A stretch of 64,000 bases of DNA from an uncultured Gemmataceae bacterium (GCA_963750165.1 CAVVPN010000004.1:832001-896000), one strand, 5' to 3'. Numbered from the stretch's first letter, positions 1 to 15,172 are shown. Notes: generated by a model from the letters alone, not told the origin. Made by a program: numbers and translations.

Positions 1-756
1 GACCCCAAAAGCAACCAGGCCGTGCTGCCAACGCTGCGGGCCACCTCCAGCGCCATCCGCGCCCTGAAGTACCTGGGCGGCGAACTACCCAACAAGGAGG
101 GCTGCAAGAAGTTCGTGGCCAGTTGCTTCGACAAAACGACCGGCGGCTTCGCGGACCTGCCGGGCAAGCAACCGAACGTGTTCACCACCGCCGTCGGCCT
201 GATGGCGGTCGCGGAGCTGGGCATGCCCGCCGAGCCCTACCACGCCGCCGCGGTCAAGTACCTGGCGGACCACGTCAAGACCTTCGATGACGTGCGCATC
301 GCCGTCGCCGGCCTGGAGCGCATCAAGGCCAAGGCGCCGAAGGCCGCCGCGTGGTCGGCCCTGGTCGAGGAGGAGGGCAACAAGAAGACGACGGAGGGCG
401 GCCTCGCCCGGGAAGTCGCCAGCTATGCGGTGTCGAAGTTGCGCCTCGGGGAGGCCCTCAACAACTTCGCGGAGGTTCTGAAGCGCGTGAAGGCCGACCA
501 GCGCAACAGCGGCGGGTTTGGCAAGGGCGGCGCGGATAAGGCCGACCTGGAGAGCAGTTACCGCGTCATGCGCCTGTTCATGATGCTCAAGAAGGCGCCG
601 GCCGACGTGGAAGGGCTGCGCTCGTTTGTGGCCAAGTGCCGCAACGAGGACGGCGGCTACGGCATCGCGCCGGGCGAGCCGTCGAGCATCGGCGCGACGT
701 ACTTCGCGGTCATCGTTACGCACTGGCTCGACGAGGCGGAGAAGCGCGAAAAATAA
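1..756 (+). CDS. Prenyltransferase/squalene-oxidase repeat protein (5' truncated by window edge)
   Basis: Frame open from base 1; repeats GGFADLPG, QRNSGGFG, CRNEDGGYG..PG followed by TY..V-type helices. Confidence 0.8.
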   Translation, partial: DPKSNQAVLPTLRATSSAIRALKYLGGELPNKEGCKKFVASCFDKTTGGFADLPGKQPNVFTTAVGLMAVAELGMPAEPYHAAAVKYLADHVKTFDDVRIAVAGLERIKAKAPKAAAWSALVEEEGNKKTTEGGLAREVASYAVSKLRLGEALNNFAEVLKRVKADQRNSGGFGKGGADKADLESSYRVMRLFMMLKKAPADVEGLRSFVAKCRNEDGGYGIAPGEPSSIGATYFAVIVTHWLDEAEKREK

Positions 757-770
757 GCGTGTGGACCGGA

Positions 771-818
771 ACGCAGTGGGGCGGGGCGAGAATGGTCACT
801 CACCCCGCCCCACTGCGT
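771..818. terminator. Hairpin between convergent genes
   Basis: ACGCAGTGGGGCGGGG ... CCCCGCCCCACTGCGT inverted repeat. Confidence 0.6.
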
Positions 819-832
819 GCTTGGCGTTGGCC

Positions 833-1216
833 TCACCGCCCCATCCCGACCAACGGCACCAGGCGAACCCCCCCGGTCGGCGCCGGCTGCACCGAGAAGA
901 ACAGCGTCTGGTTCGGGTTGAAGACGGGCACCACTTCCCGATCCAGCAGGCGCTGGAAGCCGTCCACGATCACGATGACGCGGTTGCCGGGCGGCACGTA
1001 GAGGTCGTTGAAGGTCTGACCGGGGGCCAGCTGGATGGTCGGGCCCTTACGGATCATGCCGTTAATGATGGTCGTACCCTGGATGATGATGGGTAACTTC
1101 GTGTCGTTGCGGAACACAAGGGTGGCGGCGTTAGCGACGCACGGCACCGCCGCGAACAGCACCAGGGCGAGGACGCTCGCGCCGATCCTGAGCAGAGTGT
1201 TCCGTTGGTCGTTCAT
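833..1216 (-). CDS. Secreted hypothetical protein
   Basis: 127 aa, signal peptide ending ANA-A, beta-rich mature part. Confidence 0.7.
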   Translation of the reverse strand: MNDQRNTLLRIGASVLALVLFAAVPCVANAATLVFRNDTKLPIIIQGTTIINGMIRKGPTIQLAPGQTFNDLYVPPGNRVIVIVDGFQRLLDREVVPVFNPNQTLFFSVQPAPTGGVRLVPLVGMGR

Positions 1217-1533
1217 GACACACCTGATGGCCTGGGCCCTCGATCCACGGCAACTACTTGCCGGTCAAGGGGTTTGGTTATTTGTGTTTGTGAAATCCGA
1301 GCGCGGGGAGGTTCGCTCCACCAGAAGAACGCCTCGATTCGGAAAACTTGCGCCGCCCCGCTGTCTTTTTGTGGATCGTGCGGCGGATCTGCTTCCCGCC
1401 AACTGCGAGTCAGTCGGTGTCTCTTCCAAGAATGGTGCCATTCTACTCCGGCAACCGTCCAGAAGTCGATAAAAAGACTGGGGCGCGCATATTTTTAATC
1501 AAAATGCGCTCGCTCCTGGGATATTTCCAGTGT

Positions 1534-1835
1534 TCAAGCGATCAGAGAAGCAACCGTGAGGGTTGCCACGGAGTTGCCGTCAAGCACGAGCGACAGGGTG
1601 CCACCAGGAGGATGAGTTTGAACCGCGCCGTAATCCGGATTCGGAGTCGGACCGGACGGTTGTGTGGACACTTCAACACGTCGATCAACGAGGTTGACGA
1701 TCCAGTAACACGGAATGCCGGCCCGGGCGTAGATGCGCGTCTTGTCGCGCTGGTCGCGCAGCAACGACGAGTCCGCCACCTCGATGAGCAGGCCAACATC
1801 CGCCGCCGCTGGGTGGCGCGTTTCGTAGTCCGCTT
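1534..1835 (-). pseudogene. Uma2 family endonuclease, C-terminal remnant
   Basis: DYETRHPAAADVGLLIEVADSSL..K..IYARAGIPCYWIVNL; in-frame stop directly upstream, N-terminal half absent. Confidence 0.75.
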
Positions 1836-1881
1836 GCGTTCATTACTCTCGGTGCCACTTGATTACTCCTTGGCTTCGTCC

Positions 1882-3255
<1,374 letters not shown>

Positions 3256-3280
3256 GATGTTGCCCCGTGGTTTCCCTGCT

Positions 3281-4488
<1,208 letters not shown>

Positions 4489-4512
4489 CTGCCAGCTTCC
4501 CGGAAGAATGGA

Positions 4513-4584
4513 ATCCACAGATGACACAGGCAAAGACAAAACCCATCTGGTTTTTATCTGTGTTCATCTGCGTCATCTGTGGGG
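4513..4584. repeat. REP-like palindrome (CCACAGATGAC...ATCTGTGG type)
   Basis: CCACAGATGACACAG ... ATCTGTGTTCATCTGCGTCATCTGTGG imperfect inverted repeat with 9-bp internal periodicity. Confidence 0.65.
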
Positions 4585-4658
4585 CGTTTTTTTCTAGGAT
4601 AGCAAACTTGGGTTGAGAACCCGCATAGAATAGTAGTGGGGAGAAAGAGGCGGGCGCC

Positions 4659-5200
4659 GTGGCACGGACACATTGCCGGCCTCGTCCCACTCAGGTCAAG
4701 ACCCTCACGCCTGTCGTTACTCGCTGTCCGGAGTGCGGCCACTTCCTCTGGGTAACCAACGCCAGACACCGCACCGTCACTACACTCAACGCCGTCACCC
4801 GGCTCACCCTGCGCATTCGCCGTTGCCCCAACCCCGACTGCGCGCGCTACCACCAGCCATTTCGGCCTGAAGCTGAGTCCCTCCTGGCCCTGCCGCATCA
4901 TGAGTTCGGCCTCAATGTCCTGGCCTTGGTCGGACGTCTCCGCCACGCCGAGCATCGCCGTGTCCCGAGCTCCACCAGCAGTTGACGCGCCGCGGCGTTG
5001 CCATCGCCGAGCGCTCCGTCAGCAACCTCCTGGACCGCTACGATGAACTGCGCGCCCTGGCCACGGCTGACCGCGAGCGGTTGCATTCCCTCGTACACAA
5101 GCAGGGTCGCGTCGTGTTGGCCATCGACGGCCTGGCCCCGACATCGGCCACGAGGTCTTGTGGGGGCTACGGGACTGCCTTTCCGGCGAGATCCTGTTCC
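4659..5200 (+). mobile_element. Truncated IS transposase remnant (ISNCY-like)
   Basis: Zn-finger CPECG..RCPNPDC, ALPHHEFGL, LLDRYDEL, VLAIDGLAPD.GHEVLW.LRDCLSGE across two frameshifts; rest of the DDE core is missing. Confidence 0.75.
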
Positions 5201-5353
5201 TGCGGCCGGTGGAACTGGGTAAATCCGTCACGCTGCCGCTGTGTCGCGACAAGCACGGCACGCTGCGCAACTGGCTGGAGGTGACCGTGACCGAGTTGCC
5301 AGCCGCGCCCCCGCCGTTGCCCACGTCGCCGTGACGCTGATCATTGGAGCCAT

Positions 5354-5428
5354 CGGGCTTTCTCTGCCCTCGTTTAGTTTCGCGCGGATCGAGCCCGCGC
5401 GAAATTAAACGAGGGCAGAGGAAGCCCG
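5354..5428. repeat. Long REP-like palindrome / bidirectional terminator
   Basis: CGGGCTTTCTCTGCCCTCGTTTAGTTTCGCGCG ... CGCGCGAAATTAAACGAGGGCAGAGGAAGCCCG. Confidence 0.7.
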
Positions 5429-5434
5429 CCGCTC

Positions 5435-6082
5435 TTAACCCTGCCGGTCCAGTTCGCCGAATAACTGTTGCAGTGGCAGCGTGAACCCCGGCAGCGCGGC
5501 GCCGCCGTCCAGCGTGTCGGTCTGTCCAAGATTCGTGACATCGGTGGGCGAGGTGTAGACCGCGACCGTTCGCACTTCCGGCTCGATTTCCCAGACCAGG
5601 CGCACGCCGGCAGCGAAATAGTCCTGGCGCTTCGCGGCCATCTCGGCGGCGGTGTTGCTCTCGCTCAGGACTTCCACCACGAGATCTGGTACGATTTGCG
5701 GCACCGGCTCCGCAGGTCGCCGCCGACCGGGAAGTCGGTCCCAACTGGTGAAGGCAGCGTCCGGGATGCGCACCAGGGCCGGAAACAGCTCGATCGTGGT
5801 GGATTCCCCGGTCACGAACCCCAGGTTGCGGGGCAAGACAAATTCATTGAGTGACCAAATCAGGAAAGCGGACAGGATCGATTCTGAATACCCCGCGGTT
5901 TTCTCCACCAGAAAGCCGTCGATCAACTCACACAGCCGCCCCTCCCGCGCTTCGATGTCGATCACATCTTGCACGGTCGCCGTCCCAGGGAGGGGGTGCA
6001 AGCGAATGCGCTCGCCCAGCACTCCCCAGAGGCGTTTTTGCAGATCAGCCACCGTCCGCATCCGCATCGCCGCTGTTGCCAT
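5435..6082 (-). CDS. Uma2 family endonuclease
   Basis: ELIDG.LVEK, RIPDAAF, PDLVVEVLSESNT, K.QDYF.AGVRLVWEI, LPGFTLPL. Confidence 0.92.
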   Translation of the reverse strand: MATAAMRMRTVADLQKRLWGVLGERIRLHPLPGTATVQDVIDIEAREGRLCELIDGFLVEKTAGYSESILSAFLIWSLNEFVLPRNLGFVTGESTTIELFPALVRIPDAAFTSWDRLPGRRRPAEPVPQIVPDLVVEVLSESNTAAEMAAKRQDYFAAGVRLVWEIEPEVRTVAVYTSPTDVTNLGQTDTLDGGAALPGFTLPLQQLFGELDRQG

Positions 6083-6116
6083 CGGATTTCCCTCCTTCAC
6101 CAATTGCCCGCGCCGC

Positions 6117-8897
<2,781 letters not shown>

Positions 8898-9074
8898 GGG
8901 GGAATCCTCGCCTGGTTCGAGGGCGATTTCGGGCCGCATTTTCTGCGGAAAAGATCGACTTTTTACTGGGTTTATTCTACCAGAACGGGGGGGCGTTCAC
9001 CACCCACGTTGGGCCGTTTTGGCTGGCGTCGGCGATGCTGTGCTCGCTGGCGTAACACCTGAACTGTCAGCAGC

Positions 9075-9256
9075 TAGCGCGGTTCGCAGTTGTGTGGCCC
9101 ACGAACGGCAGGCCAGTGCTCCCGAGCCGTCCTGCAAACTGCGCGAGCCGCTCCCAGGCTCGAATCTCGACGTGTGAAAAAGTTGGCCCCCTTGGCCCCC
9201 TTGGCCCCCTTGCTGTGGCAGCGCGGGCCGCTGGAGGTCAGCCCGTGCCAGCCGCC
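9075..9256 (+). repeat. Dispersed repeat element with (TTGGCCCCC)3 core, copy 1
   Basis: Matches reverse complement of 20705-20975. Confidence 0.8.
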
Positions 9257-9395
9257 ACGTGTGCGCAAACCGTGCGTGAACCGCTCCAGTGACGATGCAA
9301 ATGGGACGGTTGCGGCCTGAGAGCCTGACTGGTACTATTCGTACCCAAACGTCGGACGGAATCGGCTACAATGGGGGATGAACTGGAGGTGAGCC

Positions 9396-9647
9396 ATGAC
9401 CAAGACGTTGATCGAAATCACGGACCTGCCGGGGCGCTTCGCGGAGGCGCTGCAGCGGCTGGTCCGGGGCGAAGAGGTGGTCATCACCGAGAATCAGGTG
9501 CCGCGGGCGAAGCTGATCATTACGCCGAGCGCAAGCCCGCCGCCGGACGGCAAACCGCGTGTCCTCGGCCTGAACGCCGGACAGATTTGGATGAGCGACG
9601 ACTTCGACGACCCGCTCCCGGATGAGTTCTGGTTGGGGGAGTCATGA
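9396..9647 (+). CDS. Phd/YefM-type antitoxin (VapB)
   Basis: GEEVVIT..P.AKL and GQIWMSDDFDDPLPDEFW; ATGA overlap with PIN gene. Confidence 0.85.
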   Translation: MTKTLIEITDLPGRFAEALQRLVRGEEVVITENQVPRAKLIITPSASPPPDGKPRVLGLNAGQIWMSDDFDDPLPDEFWLGES

Positions 9648-10027
9648 ATTTGTTGCTCGACACGCACGCCTTCATCTGGGCCGCGTCGGATCCGAACCGA
9701 CTGTCCCCCGCCGCCCGGGTTGCGTGCCAGGACCCGGCGAACACGCTGTGGTTGAGCGTCGTGAGCGTCTGGGAGATGTAAATCAAGGCGATGCTGGGCA
9801 AGCTGAGTTTCACGACTTCCCTACCGCAGTTGCTCGCGGAGCAGGAAGCGAAAGGACTTCGACTCTTACCGATAGCACTCAACCACATCTGGGAGTTGGC
9901 GAACCTGCCGCCGGCGCACAAGGATCCGTTCGACCGCATGCTGATCGCCCAGGCGATTGTCGAAGGTTCCACGCTGGTTAGCGCGGACGCAATCTTCCAG
10001 CAATACCCCGTGACCATCCTCTGGTAG
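9644..10027 (+). pseudogene. vapC: VapC PIN toxin with in-frame TAA at 9779-9781
   Basis: MNLLLDTHAFIW...SVWEM*IK..LGKL...HKDPFDRMLIAQA. Confidence 0.85.
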
Positions 10028-10030
10028 CCG

Positions 10031-11200
10031 TCACTCCAGCCAGCTGTACGGATACTTCGGGTCGTCCAGGTCAATCGCCTGCTGCGTGAGCAACAGCGGC
10101 TTGTGCGTATCGACCATGACGGCCAGTTCGTCGGTGCGCGTCATGGGCCGGCTGGCGACAATGGTGCCGGGGTGCGGCCCGTGTGGGATGCCGCGCGGGT
10201 GCAGCGTGAACGACGCCTCCTCGACGCCGCGCCGGCTGCCAAACTTGCCGCGCACGTAATACAGCACCTCATCGGCACCGACGTTGGAGTGCGCGTAGGG
10301 CACCTTGACCGCCTCGGGGTGCGTGTCGAGCAGGCGCGGGGCGAAGGTGCAGAGGACGTAGCCGTGCGCCTCGAAGGTCTGCTGCACGGGCGGCGGTTGG
10401 TGGACGGTGCCGGTGATCGGCTCGAAGTCGTCGGCGTTGAAAGTGAACGGATAAACCATGCCGTCCCAGCCGATCACGTCGAACGGGTGGCTCGCCAGTG
10501 TGTAGCGCGTCAGGCGCTGACCGTCCTTGATGAGCACGGTCGTTTCCTGCTCGCGGTCGATGGTGCCGAGCTGTTCGGGGCCGTGCAGGTCGCGCTCGTA
10601 GTAGGGGGCGCCGAGCTTCAACTGGCCGTCGGGGTTGAGGTAGCGCTCGGGGATGTGGATGTCGCCGGCCGATTCGATGACGAGCAGGTCGGGCTGCGCG
10701 CCGGCGTCGAATTCGACGCGGTAGGTGGTGCAGCGCGGGATGACGACATAATCGAAGGGCCGGAACGGCAGCGGGCCGAACAGGGTGTGCAGCGTGCCAC
10801 TGCCGTGGTGGACGAAGAGGATTTCGTCGGCGTCGGCGTTGCGGTACAGTTCGGCCTGGCGCTGGGCGGGGCGGCAGCGCAACAACGTCACGTCGGCGTT
10901 GGTCAGCAGTGGCACGCGGCCGAGCACCGGGTCGCCGCTCGGCTTCATCGCGCCGGACTTCAGGTGATGGTGCCGCAGAGCGGGCTGCTCGACGACGTTC
11001 ATCTCGACGGTGCCGGCGGGCTCGACTTTCGTGACGCGGGTCGGCGGTCGCAGGTGGTAGACGATGCTGTAGGCGCGGCCGAAGCCGGCGGTGGTCACGA
11101 CTTCTTCGTAGTAGATGCCCTCGTTGCGGTAGCCGGGGGCCTGCGGGTGGTTGATGTGCCGCTTGCGCGGGACGGAACCAAGTTTGCGATAGAACGGCAT
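10031..11200 (-). CDS. hmgA: Homogentisate 1,2-dioxygenase
   Basis: NADADE..FVH.G.G, HPFDVIGWDG, PYAHSNV..DEVLYY, HPRGIPHGPHPG. Confidence 0.92.
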   Translation of the reverse strand: MPFYRKLGSVPRKRHINHPQAPGYRNEGIYYEEVVTTAGFGRAYSIVYHLRPPTRVTKVEPAGTVEMNVVEQPALRHHHLKSGAMKPSGDPVLGRVPLLTNADVTLLRCRPAQRQAELYRNADADEILFVHHGSGTLHTLFGPLPFRPFDYVVIPRCTTYRVEFDAGAQPDLLVIESAGDIHIPERYLNPDGQLKLGAPYYERDLHGPEQLGTIDREQETTVLIKDGQRLTRYTLASHPFDVIGWDGMVYPFTFNADDFEPITGTVHQPPPVQQTFEAHGYVLCTFAPRLLDTHPEAVKVPYAHSNVGADEVLYYVRGKFGSRRGVEEASFTLHPRGIPHGPHPGTIVASRPMTRTDELAVMVDTHKPLLLTQQAIDLDDPKYPYSWLE

Positions 11201-11220
11201 GATGCACCTCCCGGCGGCCC

Positions 11221-11424
11221 TCACAAAGGGAAATTCGGGCAGGACTCGCAGACCACGGCAATTTCCTCAACGGTTCGCCCGGTTTCGCCTTGCACTTCCA
11301 GCAGGATACCCGGCTTGAAAAACCCTAGCCTCTGGTAATTGACATCAAGGCAGTAACCGACTGCAATGTCGCGCCCGAGTAGCGGGCACAAGCAACATTG
11401 GTCCCCAGGGCCCGGGAGGTGCAT
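11221..11424 (-). CDS. Small Cys-rich hypothetical protein
   Basis: 67 aa filling the gap between co-directional genes; CP..GYC..CESCP. Confidence 0.5.
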   Translation of the reverse strand: MHLPGPGDQCCLCPLLGRDIAVGYCLDVNYQRLGFFKPGILLEVQGETGRTVEEIAVVCESCPNFPL

Positions 11425-11436
11425 CTGTCTGCGCCT

Positions 11437-12276
11437 TTACACGGTGTAGCACCCCGGCCCCGCCGCGTTGGGGTCGAGGCTGAACTCCACCACCGCCACC
11501 TGCCCCGTCGAGCGCTGCCGCACATGGACTTCCACTGCGCCTTTGGCACAGCGCCGGGGCGGCTCCAGGGCCAGCATCATCGTGCTCGTACCGCGGACCT
11601 CCAGCCACTGCTTCTGCGCCACGGCCGTCCCGCCGCGCAGGTCCACCAGGGAGGCCGCCCGGTCCATGCAAAACAGGGCGGTGTTCCACGTCACCCCGAC
11701 CCCGTGTAACTCGAAAGCGTAGGCGTCGTGACCGGAGCCGACGACGAACATCGCCAGGTTAACGCGCCCCGGGTAGACGCGCAGTGCCTGAGCCAGGTGG
11801 CGCTCCACCGGCCGACTGCTCAGGAAGATGTTCAGGTTGCCGGCCCAGTGCGGGTTGGGCCGCCCCAGCAGGTCGAGCAGGTCGGCGGGCAGCGGCGCGG
11901 CGGCGGTGCGGTCGCGGCGATTCGGGTCGTCGTCATTGGCCAGCGCCGTCAGCAGGCGCTGCGGCGGCACGCGGCTGGCATCGCCCAGCACCGCCGGCGC
12001 CACCCGGCGGGCGTCCGCGCTGACCACGTATTCCTCGTCCGGCTCCAGGGCCGGCACGGCGACAACCGTCAGCGGTCGCCAGGCCACGAACGCCCCGAGC
12101 GGCGCGGCTTGCAGCAGCGCGGTCGTTGCCCGTGACCGCTGGCGGCCGCGGTTGCGCACCCGAATGCGGACAGCGACCTGGTGGTCGGCCAGGGTGGAGA
12201 AGGTGATGTCTTCGCGTTCGACGTGCAGCGTCGCCAGCGTATCCAGCTGAACCTGCGGCCTCAAAACGGCGGTCAT
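11437..12276 (-). CDS. Hypothetical protein
   Basis: 279 aa, AGGAGG RBS upstream, Ig/CARDB-like N-terminal pattern VRVRNRG. Confidence 0.7.
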   Translation of the reverse strand: MTAVLRPQVQLDTLATLHVEREDITFSTLADHQVAVRIRVRNRGRQRSRATTALLQAAPLGAFVAWRPLTVVAVPALEPDEEYVVSADARRVAPAVLGDASRVPPQRLLTALANDDDPNRRDRTAAAPLPADLLDLLGRPNPHWAGNLNIFLSSRPVERHLAQALRVYPGRVNLAMFVVGSGHDAYAFELHGVGVTWNTALFCMDRAASLVDLRGGTAVAQKQWLEVRGTSTMMLALEPPRRCAKGAVEVHVRQRSTGQVAVVEFSLDPNAAGPGCYTV

Positions 12277-12462
12277 GCAAGGGCCTCCTGGAAAGACAAC
12301 CGAATGGTTGGGGAGAACTGTCCTCTTTTGACTGTATCACCCGGCCGCAGGGACACCAAGGGGATTTGGCTCCGCGCGCCGACCGCGGGTGTGCGTCCGT
12401 TACTTGGGTGGGAAATGGTTGCGTCGCGCCAGAGGCTGAACGGCGGCCGGAAATGCACCCCG

Positions 12463-13059
12463 TTAGTCGGAAAGCCCCTCCGTGAACCAGGGCAGCAGTC
12501 TCCCGAGTGACTCCATCGGCAGCCCGATCACATTGCTGACGCTGCCCGCCGTCACGCGCACAAACGGGTCATCCTGCTCCAGCACGGCGTACGCTCCCGA
12601 GCAGCCGCGCCAGGTGCGCGTCGCCAGGTACCCATCCAGTTCCGCGTCGCTCAGTTGCCGGAAGTGAACACGGCTGCACTCCTGCCAGGCGAGTTGCACA
12701 TCGTCTGGCCGTCGCCACAAGACCACGCCCGTCCACAGTTCGTGCTCGCGGCCGCCCAGCAGACGCAGGATCCGCCGCGCGTCCGCCTCGTCGTCCGGTT
12801 TGCCGATCACCTGGCCGTCGATCCAGCCCACCGTGTCCGCCGCCAGCACCAGGCCATCAGCCACCCGCGGCGCCACCGCCGCCGCCTTCGACCACGTCAC
12901 CTCCTGCACAAACCGCCGAATTTCCGTCACACCGGCCCCGGTCGGCTCGTCCACGTTGGCCGGCTGCACCGTGAACCGATAGCCCGCCCGCTCCAGCAGT
13001 TCGCGCCGCGCCGGCGAGCCGCTGGCCAGCGTCAGGCGGATTGTTTTCGCGCTTCCCAT
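12463..13059 (-). CDS. maf: Maf family nucleotide pyrophosphatase
   Basis: LASGSPARRELL, AADTV, IGKP, GSVSNVIGLP. Confidence 0.92.
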   Translation of the reverse strand: MGSAKTIRLTLASGSPARRELLERAGYRFTVQPANVDEPTGAGVTEIRRFVQEVTWSKAAAVAPRVADGLVLAADTVGWIDGQVIGKPDDEADARRILRLLGGREHELWTGVVLWRRPDDVQLAWQECSRVHFRQLSDAELDGYLATRTWRGCSGAYAVLEQDDPFVRVTAGSVSNVIGLPMESLGRLLPWFTEGLSD

Positions 13060-14105
13060 TGCTGTAACACCTCGGCCAGCGGCGGCCACAGACGCTCCGG
13101 CGTCAATTCCGCCAGGCACTCCAGCCGCCCACATTTCTTCAGCAAACTCCCCGCACAGAAGACGTTCGTCTGCACCGCGAACGCCGCGCGGCCGTAGGGG
13201 CCTGTCAACCGCACCTGCGTGCAGGTGAACGGACTCACCACCGGCCGGCCCAGGGCCACCGCCAGGTGCAGCGGCCCCGTGTCGTTGGCCACCAGCACGT
13301 CCGCCAGGCTCAGCACGCCCAGCAACTGCGGCAGCGTCGTCGCTCCGGCCAGGTGCAACTGCGGTCCCACGACCAGCCGGCCGGCGGCCCGCGCCAGCGG
13401 CGCATCCTCGCGGCCGCCGACGAAAACGATGCCGCCGCCGTGCTGCTCCTGCGCCCGCCGCGCCAGTGCCGCGAAATGCTCCGGCGGCCAGCGCTTCGTC
13501 CGCCAGCGTGCCCCGACCGCGAACGCCAGCCACGGCCGCGGCACCTCCGCCAGCGCCGCCAGCGCCCAGCGCCGCGCCGCCTCCGGCACCGGCAGCCGAA
13601 AGCGCGGCGACCCTGTCGCGCCCAGCGTCTCCGCCACGCGCCAGTAGCGGTCCACCGCGTGCAGGGTGCGGATGGTGCCGACCTCCACCACGTCGGTGTA
13701 GCACAGGCCGGCGCCCTCGTGCGCCGAGCTGAGGCCAACGCGGCGCGGCGCCCCGGTCGCCAGCGTCATCACGCCGCTGCGCAACAGGCCCTGCAGGTCG
13801 AGCACCAGATCGAAGCGCTGTTGCCGCAGCCGGCTCAGGAAGCGGCCGTAGTGCAGCACCGCCTCCAGCGGGGCGTGGCGCGGCGAACGGTCGAACGCCA
13901 GCGTCGCGTCCAGGTCGGGGTGGCCCTGCAACAGCGGCTCGTAAGCACGGTTGACGACCCAGGAGACGTGCGCCGCCGGGTAGCGCTGCCGCAGAGCGGT
14001 CAGCACTGGCAAGCTGTGAATGATGTCGCCCAGGGCGCTCGGCTTGATGAGGGCGATGCGCCGCGGGGTGCAGTGCTCCAGCGGCGTGCGCGGGGTGGGG
14101 GCCAT
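13032..14105 (-). CDS. Glycosyltransferase family 9 (LPS heptosyltransferase-like)
   Basis: IKPSALGDI, DLQGLLRS, KRWP, NDTGPLHLA. Confidence 0.92.
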   Translation of the reverse strand: MAPTPRTPLEHCTPRRIALIKPSALGDIIHSLPVLTALRQRYPAAHVSWVVNRAYEPLLQGHPDLDATLAFDRSPRHAPLEAVLHYGRFLSRLRQQRFDLVLDLQGLLRSGVMTLATGAPRRVGLSSAHEGAGLCYTDVVEVGTIRTLHAVDRYWRVAETLGATGSPRFRLPVPEAARRWALAALAEVPRPWLAFAVGARWRTKRWPPEHFAALARRAQEQHGGGIVFVGGREDAPLARAAGRLVVGPQLHLAGATTLPQLLGVLSLADVLVANDTGPLHLAVALGRPVVSPFTCTQVRLTGPYGRAAFAVQTNVFCAGSLLKKCGRLECLAELTPERLWPPLAEVLQQWEARKQSA

Positions 14106-14142
14106 GTGGCGCGTCCTTTCGCCAGGGGTTCGCGGGGAACGA

Positions 14143-14175
14143 CGAAGGCCCGTGAAGGAACTTCACGGGCCTTCG
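14143..14175. terminator. Hairpin terminator
   Basis: CGAAGGCCCGTGAAG-GAA-CTTCACGGGCCTTCG perfect stem just downstream of the 14193-15044 gene. Confidence 0.65.
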
Positions 14176-14192
14176 CCGGGGCCGGGACCAAT

Positions 14193-15044
14193 TTACTTGG
14201 TCTTGCGGTTATCCACGATCACCAGGATGACCTCCTGCCGGTCGGTCGGCAGCGTCGCCACCGGGTCGTCGTTGTCGATCTTCTTCTTGGTGCTCTTGGG
14301 CGCGGCCTTGAGCTTGGGCGTGTAGACAAACACCATCGCATTGGTGCGCAGCACGTCGGCCTCGGCGTGGTAACCGGGGAGATCCGGATAATAGCTCTTG
14401 AGCATATCCAGGTCATGCAGCTCGTCCTTGGAGAGCTTCTTGGTATCGACGAGCACTTTTTCGCGGAGCGTTGGTGGATACTTGAGGCGCACCTTGTCTT
14501 CCTTCGTGAAGGTCACCGGGTTGCCCTTGTCGTCGAACTCGGCTTCGGGCTCCAGCACGCGGAAGATGCACTTCTCGCTGACACGGAACTTGTAGTCCGC
14601 CTGGACGTTCTTGAGGCGGTAGAGCCGGCTGGCGTGCTGGGCAGCCTGGTTCAGGCTATTTTGATACGACCGCATATGGCTCGCCCGGGTGTTGGGGTTG
14701 TTGGTCGAGAAGGCGAGCCGGTACTGCTGGGTGGCCTGGTTCTGGGCGTTCACCATCGCCTGGTATTCGCCCTGGTTGATTTCCTGGACCTTGCCGGTCA
14801 CGTGCAGCGTGAAGTCCTTGGCGGCGGAATTCTGATCCACCTGGGTGATCTTGGCAGGGAAATTCGAGGCCGGGTACTTCGCGCCCCAGACGAACTTCTC
14901 CTTGACCTTCTTCTTGGTGTCGTCTTTTTTGGTGGTGGGTTTGGGGTCATCGCCGGTCTGCTTGACGGGGTCGCCCGCGGAGATGGGGACGATGAACGCC
15001 AGCAGCAGAGCAAGCAAAGCGCCGCCGCGCATGAGCCGTTGCAT
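14193..15044 (-). CDS. Secreted Lys-rich hypothetical protein
   Basis: Signal peptide, GAGGGAG RBS, coding-like codon usage. Confidence 0.75.
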   Translation of the reverse strand: MQRLMRGGALLALLLAFIVPISAGDPVKQTGDDPKPTTKKDDTKKKVKEKFVWGAKYPASNFPAKITQVDQNSAAKDFTLHVTGKVQEINQGEYQAMVNAQNQATQQYRLAFSTNNPNTRASHMRSYQNSLNQAAQHASRLYRLKNVQADYKFRVSEKCIFRVLEPEAEFDDKGNPVTFTKEDKVRLKYPPTLREKVLVDTKKLSKDELHDLDMLKSYYPDLPGYHAEADVLRTNAMVFVYTPKLKAAPKSTKKKIDNDDPVATLPTDRQEVILVIVDNRKTK

Positions 15045-15172
15045 GGTTAGCTCCCTCAATGTGCCCCCCGCCTGCACTGCAGCGGGTATGTCGTCGGCCA
15101 ATTCATTGATAATGTACCGTACCCCTGGGGGCGGAACAAGCAGAAAAAGGAGAAGCCGGGGAGCCGCGCCCA

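Noticed and set aside
1..756. Squalene or oxidosqualene cyclase
   Set aside because: Only generic prenyltransferase repeats visible, no DxDD/DCTAE motif; gene is truncated by the window.
9779..9781. Stop-codon reassignment or readthrough
   Set aside because: TAA terminates other genes normally here (e.g. 756, 17503, 22865).
13060..14166. Maf fused to a long N-terminal domain
   Set aside because: The extension is an alternate frame of the GT9 gene.
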